A DNA stretch of 64,000 bases, taken from Candidatus Bathyarchaeota archaeon (GTDB taxonomy: Archaea > Thermoproteota > Bathyarchaeia > TCS64). The notes beneath the pieces were generated by a model, which saw only the letters and a program-made list of their open reading frames with translations, searched no databases and had not been told where the DNA came from. The DNA lies in the NCBI GenBank assembly GCA_026014875.1, contig JAOZHO010000037.1, positions 359,819 through 423,818 of the forward strand, written 5' to 3'. The position numbers were made by a program, and so were the translations under genes. This document shows positions 1 through 10,379 of this stretch, one piece after another (position 1 is the stretch's first letter; every line of letters starts with the position of its first letter).

Positions 1-1055
1 CTGATGAGGTCCCAGACCTCCACCACAGTGCAGGGTATACCCCTGTGAACAGTCATGTACGACGAGAAGCCTCCGCCTGTCCCCCTACGCTTCACGCTGG
101 ATCGGAACGGGTAGCCGGTCTGCTCCACGAAGACAGAGTTGATGATGCCGAAAAGCCTCTGATCCTGGAGGGAGAGCTCCTCGTACTCCGAGTAGGTGAA
201 TAGGACGCCGCCGTGGGTGTGGTAGTTGACCCCCAGGCAGATGTTGGGGTGGCCCAGGATATACTCCGCTATAGCCCTCGTCTCGGGCTCCGAAAGGGGA
301 TATGGACCGCTGCCCCTGCTGGGATTCTCCGTGCCCCAGTTCCCCGGCCAGTTGCCGCCCATGTTGAGCCCCCACCGGGCGGGGGCCATCTCGATCTCCT
401 CCTCGCCCTCGTAGTTCAGTATCATCCCCTCAGGGTACATCCTGTAAAAGTCGCCCTCCTTGTCCTCGGGCCGCCTCCGGACCATGAGCCGCCTATCCTG
501 TTCCATGGTCTTCCACTCCCCTGCAGGGTCCGGCACCCTCATCTTGACGATGAACCCGTCCCCGTCGACGTCCTCGAGGTGGAGGCCGTGCTGGGACGTC
601 AGCCACTCCTCCTCGCTCAGGGGGTACCATCTCCCTCCCCCCGTCTCGATGTCGGCGCTCAGGACGTAGTACGGCGTGGTGAGTACGAACTCCGCCCCGT
701 CGGGGTCCACCCGGGGCAGGACGTAGAACGTCGCGTTGCCTAAAAGCTCCGTGATTCTCTGGTCCTCCCCGTAGCCCGTCAGCAGATGATGGATGGTCTT
801 GAGGCAGACCATGGATCCCGCGGGCTCCCCGGCGTGGGTGTTCCCGTCGATCCAGACCGCGGGCTTGCCCTCCGGGGGCCCGGTCTCGGAGTCGGTTATC
901 TCCATCACCCAGAGATCCCGGTTCTCGACGCTCTTCCCCACCGACGTTAACTTGGCGAGGGAAGGGTATTCCGAGGCCAGCTCTTTCAGGGTCTCCGTGA
1001 GCTCTTCGTGGAGGTAATAATGATCGAATTTCAATTCTTTCAAAGGATATGCCAC
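1..1055 (-). CDS. M14 family zinc carboxypeptidase (3' end runs off the window)
   Basis: Manual translation from GTG at 1055: MAYPLKELKFDHYYLHEELTETLKELASEYPSLAKLTSVGKSVENRDLWVMEIT...KPAVWIDGNTHAGE (HxxE Zn motif), later VLPRVDPDG and NRNWP. Not in the ORF track because it is truncated. Confidence 0.85.
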   Translation of the reverse strand, partial: MAYPLKELKFDHYYLHEELTETLKELASEYPSLAKLTSVGKSVENRDLWVMEITDSETGPPEGKPAVWIDGNTHAGEPAGSMVCLKTIHHLLTGYGEDQRITELLGNATFYVLPRVDPDGAEFVLTTPYYVLSADIETGGGRWYPLSEEEWLTSQHGLHLEDVDGDGFIVKMRVPDPAGEWKTMEQDRRLMVRRRPEDKEGDFYRMYPEGMILNYEGEEEIEMAPARWGLNMGGNWPGNWGTENPSRGSGPYPLSEPETRAIAEYILGHPNICLGVNYHTHGGVLFTYSEYEELSLQDQRLFGIINSVFVEQTGYPFRSSVKRRGTGGGFSSYMTVHRGIPCTVVEVWDLI

Positions 1056-1232
1056 CTTTCTTCGGGTGCCTATCTGATTCAGAGGTAACTTGGATATAAC
1101 TTTTCAACGCCGCAACCCTGAACGGGGACCGAGGAGCCTATCTGATCGAGGCCTTCCCCAACGAGGAGGACCCGCTTCTCGCAAGTTCTATAAAGAAAAG
1201 ATTAACATATGCAATCACTTGATGGTGGAAAA

Positions 1233-2432
1233 ATGTCAAGTCAAAACACAACTCTATACGCTGGAATAGTAATCGCGCTCATCATAGGAGCCGCAGTAGG
1301 CTACTTCGTCTACCCCTCAATGAACACCGGCCTGGACCCGAACGACTACGTCGAGAAGAGCACATACAACGCACTTCAATCAGACTACGATGACAGCCAA
1401 GAGGCGTTGATTGGTGCCAAGGCGAGCCTGGGAGGCGCCCTGTCCAAGGCGGCCCTCTCCGATATCGTCCTCAGCCAGATCAAAGTGCTGACGACCGGTA
1501 AGAAGATCGGCCTCATCACCGGCACCGGTGGCCTCGGAGACAAGTCGTTCAACGACATCTCCAACGCCGGAGCCCAGAGAGCCGAGGACGAACTCGGTGT
1601 CGAGTTCGACATCGTCCAGCCCACGGCCATAGCCGAATACGAGGGCTACCAAAGAGACTTTGCGATGTCCGGTGAGTACGAGATCATCATATGCGTCGGC
1701 TTCGACCAAGGAGACGCATTGACGATCGTCGCGGCAGAGTACCCCGACCAGAACTTCGCGATAGTTGACATGGTGGTGGTCGCGCCCAACGTTGCCTCCC
1801 TGACTTTCAGGTCCAACGAGGGGAGCTTCCTCCTCGGAGTCGTGGCCGGTCTGACAACGGAGACTGGGACCATCGGCTTCGTAGGCGGTGTAGACATCCC
1901 CCTCATCAGGGACTTCTACGTCGGCTACAAGGCAGGGGCAGAGTGGGCCAACCCCACAGTCACCGTGGGTGAGCCCGTCTTCGTCGGAGGCTGGGGCGAC
2001 CCCGCCAGCGGCAAGGAACTCGCCCTGGGACTCATCGAGCAAGGCTATGACGGGATCTTCGCGGCAGCCGGCGGAAGCGGCTTAGGGGCCCTCGAGGCGG
2101 CCCACGAGCAGGGCATCACCGGCTACGGCGTCGACGCGTGCCAGGACTATCTCCACGATGAGATCATCGCGAGCATGACCAAGAGGGTCGATAACGCGGT
2201 GTTCCAGATGATACTCGCGGCGACTACAGGCACCTTCCAAGGGGGCTTCTACAGCGGAGGCCTCGCAGAGTCATGGACCGGGATGTGCAGGCTACCCGAG
2301 GAGGAAGCTCTCTGGGAGAGCACCTTCGGGTTCGTCCACGATCCCATCGACGAGGATATCCTCGCCAAGGTGATGGACGCCCGGGACGCGATCATCGCCG
2401 GCGATATCGTGGTGCCCAGCGGGTACGACTAG
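1233..2432 (+). CDS. BMP family ABC transporter substrate-binding protein (nucleoside/purine), N-terminal membrane anchor
   Basis: GGLGDKSFND, FRSNEGSFLLG, GFVGG, AAAGGSGLG, GVD motifs; precedes ATPase and two permeases. Alternative start 1209. Confidence 0.9.
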   Translation: MSSQNTTLYAGIVIALIIGAAVGYFVYPSMNTGLDPNDYVEKSTYNALQSDYDDSQEALIGAKASLGGALSKAALSDIVLSQIKVLTTGKKIGLITGTGGLGDKSFNDISNAGAQRAEDELGVEFDIVQPTAIAEYEGYQRDFAMSGEYEIIICVGFDQGDALTIVAAEYPDQNFAIVDMVVVAPNVASLTFRSNEGSFLLGVVAGLTTETGTIGFVGGVDIPLIRDFYVGYKAGAEWANPTVTVGEPVFVGGWGDPASGKELALGLIEQGYDGIFAAAGGSGLGALEAAHEQGITGYGVDACQDYLHDEIIASMTKRVDNAVFQMILAATTGTFQGGFYSGGLAESWTGMCRLPEEEALWESTFGFVHDPIDEDILAKVMDARDAIIAGDIVVPSGYD

Positions 2433-2471
2433 AAAAACATTATACCTTTTCCCCCCCTTTTTTGTCTATCA

Positions 2472-3986
2472 ATGGCCCCAGCCGTCGAGATGCGTAGCAT
2501 AGTCAAGACCTTCCCGGGAGTCACCGCCAACGACGGCGTCGACTTCTCCGTGGAGAAGGGGGAGATCCACGGCCTCCTCGGAGAGAACGGGGCCGGGAAG
2601 ACGGTCCTCATGAGCATTCTCTACGGCCTCTACCGCCCCGACGCCGGGGAGATCTACATCGACGGGGAGAGAGCCGAGATCGAGAGCCCGGCTGCCGCTA
2701 TGAGCCTCGGCATCGGGATGGTCCACCAGCACTTCATGCTCGTTCCCAGCCTCACCGTCGCCGAGAACGTCGTCCTCGGCCGGGAGCCCACTAGGAAGGG
2801 GCTCATCGACGAGGGGGAGATGCTGGAGCGGGTCCGGGCCAGCTGCGCTGAATTCAGGCTCGACGTAGACATCGAGGCCCCCGTCCACACGTTGAGCGTC
2901 GGGGTCCAGCAGAGGGTGGAGATACTCAAGGCCCTCCACAGGGGAGCCGACATCTTGATCCTCGACGAACCCACGGCGGTTCTCACCCCCCAGGAGGTGG
3001 AGGACCTCTTCATGGCCATACGGGCCTTCACGGACCAGGGGAAGACTGTGATATTCATCAGCCACAAGCTCCGGGAGGTCCTCTCCATCTGCGACAGGAT
3101 CACCGTCCTGAAGCGGGGAAAGGTCGTGGGCACCGTGGAGGCCTCCGAGACCGACATGGGGGAGCTCGCCGAGATGATGGTGGGCAGGAGGGTGGTCTAC
3201 AGCTTCGAGAAGGCAAAGGTAGCGCCCGGGGAGGCGATGCTCACGGTGGAGGGGCTCGAGGCCCTCGACGACAGGGGCGTCCCCACCCTCCGGGGGGTGG
3301 ACCTCGAGGTCAGGGGATCAGAGATCCTTGGGCTCGCCGGGGTCGAGGGGAACGGCCAGACGGAGCTCGTGGAGGCCCTCATGGGGCTCCGGGAGGCGAG
3401 GGAGGGGAGGGTCTCCCTGGGCTCCACGGATATCACCGGGGCGTCCCCGGATGAGAGGATCAGGGCTGGTGTCTCCCATATCCCCGAGGACAGGCACAAG
3501 CGGGGGTTCATCCCCGATTTCAGCGTGACCGATAACCTCATCCTGGGGAGCCATCGGGAGGCGAGGTTCACCCGCTGGGGGTTTGTCATCGACTACGAGG
3601 CGGCCGCGGGCCACGCCCAGGCCCTCGTGGAGGATTATTCCATCGTGACCCCCGGGGTCGGGACCCACGCGGGCAACCTCTCCGGGGGGAACCAGCAGAA
3701 GGTCATCGTGGCCCGGGAGTTCGACAGGAACCCCCGCCTCGTCATCGCCGCTCAGCCCACCCGTGGCCTCGACGTGGGGGCCACGGAGTACGTCCGGAAA
3801 AAGCTTCTGGATATGAGGGACGGGGGGAGCGCAGTCCTCCTCGTCTCTGCGGACCTCGACGAGATCTGGGCCCTCAGCGACAGGATCGCCGTGATCTACG
3901 AGGGGAGGATCGTCGCGGTGAGGGACCCCGCCGAGACCGATGAGACGGAGCTGGGGCTCCTCATGACAGGGGGAAGAAGAGGGTGA
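2472..3986 (+). CDS. Nucleoside/sugar ABC transporter ATP-binding protein (two ABC domains)
   Basis: Walker A GENGAGKT, MVHQHFML, LSVGVQQRVEI, ILDEPT, second domain LSGGNQQK. Confidence 0.95.
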   Translation: MAPAVEMRSIVKTFPGVTANDGVDFSVEKGEIHGLLGENGAGKTVLMSILYGLYRPDAGEIYIDGERAEIESPAAAMSLGIGMVHQHFMLVPSLTVAENVVLGREPTRKGLIDEGEMLERVRASCAEFRLDVDIEAPVHTLSVGVQQRVEILKALHRGADILILDEPTAVLTPQEVEDLFMAIRAFTDQGKTVIFISHKLREVLSICDRITVLKRGKVVGTVEASETDMGELAEMMVGRRVVYSFEKAKVAPGEAMLTVEGLEALDDRGVPTLRGVDLEVRGSEILGLAGVEGNGQTELVEALMGLREAREGRVSLGSTDITGASPDERIRAGVSHIPEDRHKRGFIPDFSVTDNLILGSHREARFTRWGFVIDYEAAAGHAQALVEDYSIVTPGVGTHAGNLSGGNQQKVIVAREFDRNPRLVIAAQPTRGLDVGATEYVRKKLLDMRDGGSAVLLVSADLDEIWALSDRIAVIYEGRIVAVRDPAETDETELGLLMTGGRRG

Positions 3987-5047
3987 AGGCGAGGGAGCTC
4001 CTTTCCCGGGTGGTGTCCCCCGAGACGCTCAGGGACATCATCATCCAGATCATTGCCATCCTGATGGCTTTCCTCGTCGGGGCCGGGGTCCTCCTAGTTA
4101 CGGGGTACAACCCCGTTGACGCTTACGCCGCGATGTTCCGTGGTGCCTTCGGGGACGTCTTCCGGGTGGGGCAGACCCTCACCCAGGCGACGCCCATCCT
4201 CTTCACGGCCCTCGCGTTCCTCTTCAGCTTCAAGAGCGGCCTCTTCAACATCGGGGCCGAGGGCCAGTTCCTCGCGGGGGCCTTCGCCTCGGCCCTCGTG
4301 GGTATCTCGTTCCAGAACCTCCCGGCGCCGCTGCACGTCCTCCTGGCCCTCGCCGCCGGGGCGGTGGCGGGGGGGCTCTGGGGGCTCATCCCCGCGGTGC
4401 TGAAGACCCGGTTCGGGGCCCACGAGGTCATCACCACGATGATGCTGAGCTACGTCGCCCTCTACCTCACCAGCTACATGGTGAACTACCCGTTCAAGGC
4501 CCCCGGGTGGGTCTCCCAGACGGTGATGATCGCCGAGTCGGCGAGGCTCCCCCGGCTCCTCCAGGGGGCCCAGCTCTCCGCCTCCATATTCATCGCCCTC
4601 GCCCTCGTCCTCCTCACCCGTTTCATCCTCAACAGGACCATCCTGGGTTACGAGATCAGGGCCACGGGGCTCAACCCCTCCGCTGCGGAGAACGCGGGCA
4701 TCGATGTCAAACGGGGGATGATCCTCGCCCTGGTGGTGAGCGGGGCTATTGCGGGGCTCGGGGGCTCAGGGGAGATCATGGGGGTCCACAGGCGGTTCAT
4801 CGACGGCTTCAGCCCCGGATACGGCTGGGACGGCCTCGCCGTGGCCCTCGTGGGGGGGCTCAGCCCGGTGGGGTCCCTCCTCGCCGCGATCCTCTTCGGG
4901 GCCCTGAGGAGCGGGGGGATGATCATGACCCGGGTCACAGGGGTGCCCCTGGACATCGTCTTCCTCCTCCAAGCCCTCGTTATACTCTTCGTCGCCGCCC
5001 CGTCCCTCATCAGGGCGATACTCAAGAGAGGGGGTCTGAGATGGTAG
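3983..5047 (+). CDS. Nucleoside ABC transporter permease 1
   Basis: GLFNIGAEGQF, HEVITTMML, GYGWDGLAVAL; hydrophobic; overlaps ATPase stop. Confidence 0.92.
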   Translation: MKARELLSRVVSPETLRDIIIQIIAILMAFLVGAGVLLVTGYNPVDAYAAMFRGAFGDVFRVGQTLTQATPILFTALAFLFSFKSGLFNIGAEGQFLAGAFASALVGISFQNLPAPLHVLLALAAGAVAGGLWGLIPAVLKTRFGAHEVITTMMLSYVALYLTSYMVNYPFKAPGWVSQTVMIAESARLPRLLQGAQLSASIFIALALVLLTRFILNRTILGYEIRATGLNPSAAENAGIDVKRGMILALVVSGAIAGLGGSGEIMGVHRRFIDGFSPGYGWDGLAVALVGGLSPVGSLLAAILFGALRSGGMIMTRVTGVPLDIVFLLQALVILFVAAPSLIRAILKRGGLRW

Positions 5048-5967
5048 GCCTCGTCGATGTCATCAGCGTAGGCCTCTTCGCCGCCGCCCTCAGGATGGCG
5101 ACTCCCATCGTCTACGCTGCCCTGGGGGGCATCTTCTCGGAGCGGGTGGGTATCATCAACATCGGGCTCGAGGGGACGATGCTCGCATCCGCCTTCGCCG
5201 GGGTCACGGCGTCCTACTACACCGGGAACCCGTGGCTCGGGGTCGTGGTGGCGGTCCTGGTGGGGGGGCTCATCGGGTTACTCCACGCCATCCTCACGGT
5301 GAAGTTCGTCGGGAACCAGATCGTGAGCGGCACCGGGATAAACATATTCGCGATGGGCTTCACAGCCTACATGAGCCAGATCATCTGGGGGAGCCGGGGT
5401 GCCAGCGAGGGGGTCCGGGGCCTCGGGACATGGAACATTCCCTTCATCGCGGACCTCCCCGTGGTGGGGCCCATCATCGGCTCCCACTCCCCCCTCGTCT
5501 ATCTGATGCTCGTCGTCACCGTCCTCAGCTACGTGGTCCTATTCAGGACCCCCCTGGGGCTCAGGATCAGGGCCGTGGGGGAGCACCCCACCGCCGCGGA
5601 GACGGCGGGGATCGACGTCCTCCGGGTCAAGTACCTCTGCGTCATTCTGAGCGGGATGCTCGCGGGGCTCGGAGGGGCCTTCCTGAGCCTGGGCCACCTC
5701 AACCTCTTCACCCGGGGGATGACCGGAGGCCGGGGGTTCATCGCGATGGCGGCGATGATCTTCGGGAAGTGGATGCCCTTCGGGGCCTTCGGCGCGAGCC
5801 TCCTGTTCGGCTTGGCGGACGCCCTCCAGATGAGGCTGCAGAGCCTCGGGCTGCTCCCGCCCCAGATCATCCTCACGATACCCTACCTGCTAACGGTGGC
5901 GGTGCTCGCCGGGGTCGTGGGGAAGGCGCGGCCCCCCAGCGACTACAAGCCCTACAAGAGGGAGTGA
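5041..5967 (+). CDS. Nucleoside ABC transporter permease 2
   Basis: ATG at 5041 (MVGLVDVIS) inside ORF 4507..5967; SERVGIINIGLEG, GLRIRAVGEHP, GRGFIAMAAMIFGKW. Confidence 0.92.
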   Translation: MVGLVDVISVGLFAAALRMATPIVYAALGGIFSERVGIINIGLEGTMLASAFAGVTASYYTGNPWLGVVVAVLVGGLIGLLHAILTVKFVGNQIVSGTGINIFAMGFTAYMSQIIWGSRGASEGVRGLGTWNIPFIADLPVVGPIIGSHSPLVYLMLVVTVLSYVVLFRTPLGLRIRAVGEHPTAAETAGIDVLRVKYLCVILSGMLAGLGGAFLSLGHLNLFTRGMTGGRGFIAMAAMIFGKWMPFGAFGASLLFGLADALQMRLQSLGLLPPQIILTIPYLLTVAVLAGVVGKARPPSDYKPYKRE

Positions 5968-6726
5968 CTAGGCGCCTTCGAGGATCTGGCAGGCCCGGAT
6001 GGCTACACGGATCTCGTCGTCTATCGAGCTCTGAACCCTCTCGGCGAGCTCCCCGGTCTTCTCGCCGGGCTCGAACTCCCCCTTCCCGGTGCCCTCGGCG
6101 AGGTTCCCGTCCACCACCATGATGGCCCCGGCTCGCTTCCCCCTGAGGGCGGCGAGGGTGAAGATGGTGCTCGCCTCCATCTCGATGGAGAGGACGTTCG
6201 CGGCCCCGTACTTTTTCAGGGCCTCCTCGTTGCCCCCGTAGTAGGCGTCCGTGGACAACACGATCCCCGGGTGAACCTCGACCCCGAGCTCCCGGGCCGC
6301 ATCTAGAAGAGCCAATGTGACGTCGAGGCTCGCAGCCGCAGGATACTCCACAGGAACATAACTCCTGCTGGTGCCCTCCCCCCGGACCGCGGCGGTGGCC
6401 ACCACGATGTCCCCGCTGTCGAGGCCCGGCTGGAGGCTCCCCGTGGTGCCCACCCGGATGAAGGTCTCGACCCCGATCCTCATGAGCTCCTCGACCACGA
6501 TGGCCGCAGAGGGGCAGCCGATCCCCGTGGAGCAGGAGCTGACGCCGACTCCCCCCGCCTCCCCGGTGTAGGTCACGTAGCCCCTGTAATCCGCGACCTT
6601 CCGGGCCTCGTCAAAGTGGGAGGCGATCCTCTCGACCCTCCGGGGATCCCCCGGGAGGAGGGCGTACCTCGCGACGTCTCCGACGCCGCACATGATGTGG
6701 GGCTGCAGCCGTTTCTCTGGGGCCAT
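5968..6726 (-). CDS. Nucleoside phosphorylase (uridine phosphorylase/PNP family 1)
   Basis: LLPGDPRR, STGIGCPSAAI, IRVGTTG, IEMEAS; convergent on nucleoside transporter. Confidence 0.92.
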   Translation of the reverse strand: MAPEKRLQPHIMCGVGDVARYALLPGDPRRVERIASHFDEARKVADYRGYVTYTGEAGGVGVSSCSTGIGCPSAAIVVEELMRIGVETFIRVGTTGSLQPGLDSGDIVVATAAVRGEGTSRSYVPVEYPAAASLDVTLALLDAARELGVEVHPGIVLSTDAYYGGNEEALKKYGAANVLSIEMEASTIFTLAALRGKRAGAIMVVDGNLAEGTGKGEFEPGEKTGELAERVQSSIDDEIRVAIRACQILEGA

Positions 6727-6792
6727 GGAGTCTCAAGAAGGAGTTAAGCGAGAAGCCTTTAAGTTTTAAGCAGAGTCCGCCAGGCCACATTT

Positions 6793-7185
6793 TCATTCGG
6801 GGAGGCTCGGCTCCCAGGGGCCCTCCACGAACTCCGACTCGCCGAAGCCCGGCCACCGGGGCATCGTGACGCAGAGGAACCTCAGCGCCCCTGAGCCGGT
6901 GTTTCGGAACTGGAAGCTGGTGTGCACGGGGATCGTGACGGAGACCCCCTGTTCGACTCTGACTGTCTCCTCCTGGTCCTCGAGCCTCCTCCAGAGCTCC
7001 CCCTCTCCCTCGATGAACCACCAGATCTCGGACACGGTCCCGTGCCTGGCGGCCCTGGAGACCCAGGCCTCGGGGAGGGTGCAGTGGGCGATGCCCCCCT
7101 CCTCGTACTCATGGAGGGGCCGGATGAGGGATCCATCGGGGGCCCTCTCGTATGCCTCAGGGAGATCCATGGTTTTGAAGATCAT
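6793..7185 (-). CDS. Cupin domain protein
   Basis: APDGSLIR, HGTVSEIWWFIEGEGELWR, TIPVHTSFQFRN. Confidence 0.8.
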   Translation of the reverse strand: MIFKTMDLPEAYERAPDGSLIRPLHEYEEGGIAHCTLPEAWVSRAARHGTVSEIWWFIEGEGELWRRLEDQEETVRVEQGVSVTIPVHTSFQFRNTGSGALRFLCVTMPRWPGFGESEFVEGPWEPSLPE

Positions 7186-7376
7186 TCTTCACCACGGTGA
7201 GACCGTTGGTATGTGGTCAGATAAAACTACGCTTCAGCACTAGCGATGTCTGCGAAGCTGCCCCGACTCGGCTAATTCAAGGTTTCCATGGGAGAAACGA
7301 GCGTGCCAGCCTAGGGATTACCGTTGACGAAATGTTAAGTATCGGTTCACCCCTAACCTGATCGGGAGGACGGTTT

Positions 7377-7604
7377 TTGGCGACAGCGTTTGTCCTCATC
7401 AACGCCGAGATCGGCGCCGAGGCGGAGGTTCTCAGAGAACTCAAGCCCATCCCCGAGGTCAGGGAAGCCCATCTAGTCTACGGAGTCTACGACATCATCG
7501 CGATCGTCGATACATCGACGCTGCAGGAGCTCAAGGATACCATCGGCTTCAAGATCAGGCGCCTAGACAAGGTCCACAGCACCCTGACGATGATCGTCGT
7601 CTGA
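7377..7604 (+). CDS. Stand-alone Lrp/AsnC ligand-binding (RAM) domain protein
   Basis: AFVLINAE...EAHLVYGVYDII...TLTMIV; TTG start. Confidence 0.88.
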   Translation: MATAFVLINAEIGAEAEVLRELKPIPEVREAHLVYGVYDIIAIVDTSTLQELKDTIGFKIRRLDKVHSTLTMIVV

Positions 7605-7642
7605 TGAGAAGAGCGGTTATTTCCCGCGTGGAACAGCGGGGG

Positions 7643-8380
7643 TCAGTGATGGGGCCCATGGGGATGAGCCTCAACCAGATCCACCTTCACGTCTAGGACC
7701 TCCACGTAGATCTTCGCGGCCATTGCCCGTTCAACGCTCGTGGTCTCCCCTGCAACCTTCACCGCTAGGGGGCCCTCGAAGGGTTCGGCCGCCGTGACCT
7801 CGACCTTGTCTCCCTTGGATATGCCTAGCTCCTTGAGGGGGTCATCCATGTCGATGATGAGGCTCACGACTCCTTTCTCACCCGGCTGGAGGTGGGATAA
7901 TTCGGTGATGAGCTTGGCTTCGCTCCCCTCCCTGACGACGGCGCAATCTTTGCAGTCAGATACGGCAAGGGAGCACCGGGGTATGGGTTTCTCGTCGTCG
8001 GGGCAGGTCTCGGGGTTGTCCAGGGCGTCGCAGAGGGCGTGGGCCGCCTCGTCGGAGAGGCTGTGCTCCATCCTGCAGGCCTCGTCGTGGACTTTACCCA
8101 TGTCCATCCCCAGGTAGTCGTATAGGAACCGCTCCAGGAGCCTGTGTTTCCGGACCACCCTCTGGGCGAGGGCCATGCCCCTCCCTGTGAGGATCGTTCC
8201 CCTGTAGGGTACGTATTGGACGTAGCCCCGGTCCGCGAGCTTCTTCACCATCTGGGTGACGCTGGGGGGCGCCACCTTGAGCCTCTTGGCTAGCTCGGTG
8301 TTCTTGGCTCGCTCTCCCCTCTCGTTGAAGGAGTGGATCGCCTCGAGGTATTCCTCGACGCTGTCGCTGCCCAGAACCAT
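7643..8380 (-). CDS. DtxR/MntR family metal-dependent regulator with C-terminal FeoA domain
   Basis: EEYLEAI, PSVTQMVKKL, RKHRLLERFL, EACRMEH, C-terminal FeoA-like GISKGDKVEV...GPLAVKV. Confidence 0.9.
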   Translation of the reverse strand: MVLGSDSVEEYLEAIHSFNERGERAKNTELAKRLKVAPPSVTQMVKKLADRGYVQYVPYRGTILTGRGMALAQRVVRKHRLLERFLYDYLGMDMGKVHDEACRMEHSLSDEAAHALCDALDNPETCPDDEKPIPRCSLAVSDCKDCAVVREGSEAKLITELSHLQPGEKGVVSLIIDMDDPLKELGISKGDKVEVTAAEPFEGPLAVKVAGETTSVERAMAAKIYVEVLDVKVDLVEAHPHGPHH

Positions 8381-8486
8381 CAGAGGTTCAAGGGGTCTAA
8401 AATAGTTAAACCTTGGCGTGAAGACGACCCATTAGGAAACAAAAGAAAATATTGACATAAAGTAAAGGAAAAGAGGCCCCGCCTAT

Positions 8487-9527
8487 CTACGCGAGGCTGT
8501 AGGAGAGCCGAGGCGTCTCGGGGTAGCCCCCCTCGGTCCTCAGGTCGATCTTCTCATTGAGGAAGCCTGCCGCCACCAGCTTGTCCATGAAGCCGAAGTA
8601 CTCGTTCACGTGCCTGAAGCCCTGACGGTACTCCTTCCTGAAGCTCTCCGGGGAGACCCCGAACACTTCAGCCCATCCATCGGGCCTGAGGATGTCGGAT
8701 AGCCTGTTGACGTCGACCTCCACCTCCTTCTTCACGGTCCTGAGAATGACGTCCGCGGCTCTCCCCTCGTCCATCTTCCAGCCGTATAGCCTCCGGCCCG
8801 GGTCCATAGTGGTGATCTCCACCTTCCCCCGGGTCAGCTTCAGTACGCTGTTCCTAGGGGGCTCGAAGATCCGGTCCATCTCGTGGCGTATGTCGTGGAA
8901 GCCAATGGGGGCGCTGCAGAACATCGCCTCGTCATCCCCCACCGCGACGACGCAAGGCTGAAACCAGTTCGCTATCCAGACCGTCTCGGGCTCGTCGGGG
9001 GTGATAGCGGCGAGGAGGAAGCCCCCGGTGAGCTGAGGTGTGACCTCCCTGAAGGCCTCCACCATGGTCCTGCCCTCGGCCAGGGCGTCGCTGATCATGT
9101 GGACGGCGATCTCGCTGTCGGTGATGGCGTCGATCTCCTTCACGTGGGATTTGAAGGGGTGGATCGCCCTGAGCCGTTCCCAGTGCTCCCTGTAGTTGTA
9201 GATGGTGCCGTTGTGCATCAGCGCAAGGCTCCCATCGTCGTTGAAGAAGGGGTGAGCCATCTCCGGGGCGTTGTACTTCGGGTCGTCCCGGGCCCTCGCG
9301 TTGTACCTGCTGTGGGCGATCCCCGCGGTCCCTTCCAGTGATCCTATATCCGTGGCGTGCCTCACCCTCGCGACGGGCCCCGAGTCCTTCACCACCCTCA
9401 GGACGCCCTCGTCGATGACCCCGAGCCCCGTGGCGTGGCCCGCGAAGAGGGGCTCCTGAAGCTCCAGGGACCTGAGCAGGAGGGGGGCGATGGGCCTGTC
9501 CCCCACGTACGCAGCTAGTTGACACAT
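8487..9527 (-). CDS. Class II (Ntn) glutamine amidotransferase-domain protein
   Basis: N-terminal M-C nucleophile, GIAHSRY, AHPF, MHNGTIYN, TDSE. Confidence 0.8.
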   Translation of the reverse strand: MCQLAAYVGDRPIAPLLLRSLELQEPLFAGHATGLGVIDEGVLRVVKDSGPVARVRHATDIGSLEGTAGIAHSRYNARARDDPKYNAPEMAHPFFNDDGSLALMHNGTIYNYREHWERLRAIHPFKSHVKEIDAITDSEIAVHMISDALAEGRTMVEAFREVTPQLTGGFLLAAITPDEPETVWIANWFQPCVVAVGDDEAMFCSAPIGFHDIRHEMDRIFEPPRNSVLKLTRGKVEITTMDPGRRLYGWKMDEGRAADVILRTVKKEVEVDVNRLSDILRPDGWAEVFGVSPESFRKEYRQGFRHVNEYFGFMDKLVAAGFLNEKIDLRTEGGYPETPRLSYSLA

Positions 9528-9663
9528 CTTGATTCACTCTCATTAGATGGTGCTCCTGAAAAAGGTTTCAATTGAGGCCGCTGAGCCCATCCACCGATAG
9601 CGAGGGATGTATCCTCGCCTCGATGAGGGTCTGGCAACGCGCGTATGCAAATCGTAGCGATGC

Positions 9664-10077
9664 CTAAAGAGTCCGCAGCACTATCACCGTGTTGGTCTTG
9701 ACGACCCCATCCAGTTTCCTGATCTCCTCGATGGTCTGGTTGAGCCCCTCGATGTCGCGCTGGGAGACCACGCAGACGATGTCGTACTCCCCCGTCACCT
9801 CGTAGATGCTCTCGATCCCCGAGAGAGCCTCCATCTTCTTGGAGAGGGTGTAGGTAGGAGTGGAAGGGTCCACCGAGATCATGGTCAGGGACCTCACCCT
9901 GATAGAGGGGGCCACCTCGACGGTGAACTTCCTGATCGCGCCCGAGTTGACTAGAGCCTGAACCCTATTCCTCACCGCCCCCTCAGACAACCCCACGATG
10001 CTCCCTATCTCGACGTAGGTATTCCGGGAGTTCTCCATGAGGGTTTTGATGATTTTCTCGTCGATCTCGTCGACCAT
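9664..10077 (-). CDS. Lrp/AsnC family transcriptional regulator
   Basis: DEIDEKII...LSEGAVRNRV HTH; IYEVTGEYDI RAM domain. Confidence 0.92.
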   Translation of the reverse strand: MVDEIDEKIIKTLMENSRNTYVEIGSIVGLSEGAVRNRVQALVNSGAIRKFTVEVAPSIRVRSLTMISVDPSTPTYTLSKKMEALSGIESIYEVTGEYDIVCVVSQRDIEGLNQTIEEIRKLDGVVKTNTVIVLRTL

Positions 10078-10379
10078 GTTACATTTTATTCGTTTTTTAA
10101 CTTAAAAAAAGGGATGGGTCGGTCCCGAAATCATCATTTTCGTGTCGTCGAATGAAAAACGAGGGTATGTACCCTACTTGAACCCGCGTCCCGCACGCAG
10201 ACCCAGCTCTCAGCAGGCCTCCTTCGTCTTCCTGCAGGTCTTGTAGTCGACGAACTCCCAGAGAAGGCTCCCGATCTGATCCCCCATCGTGGCTCGTCGC
10301 CCCCCACCTCCGAGCCGTAGCCTGCCTTCAGGCTCATTTCACAGGGCTCCGCCACGTCGAGACGGCGGCTGCGCGTGTG

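Noticed and set aside
4507-5040. Long N-terminal extension of permease 2 (and similar extensions of ilvH, uL11, rpl12 and the 44337 MFS)
   Set aside because: Alternate-frame or upstream run-through in GC-rich DNA; homology starts at downstream starts.
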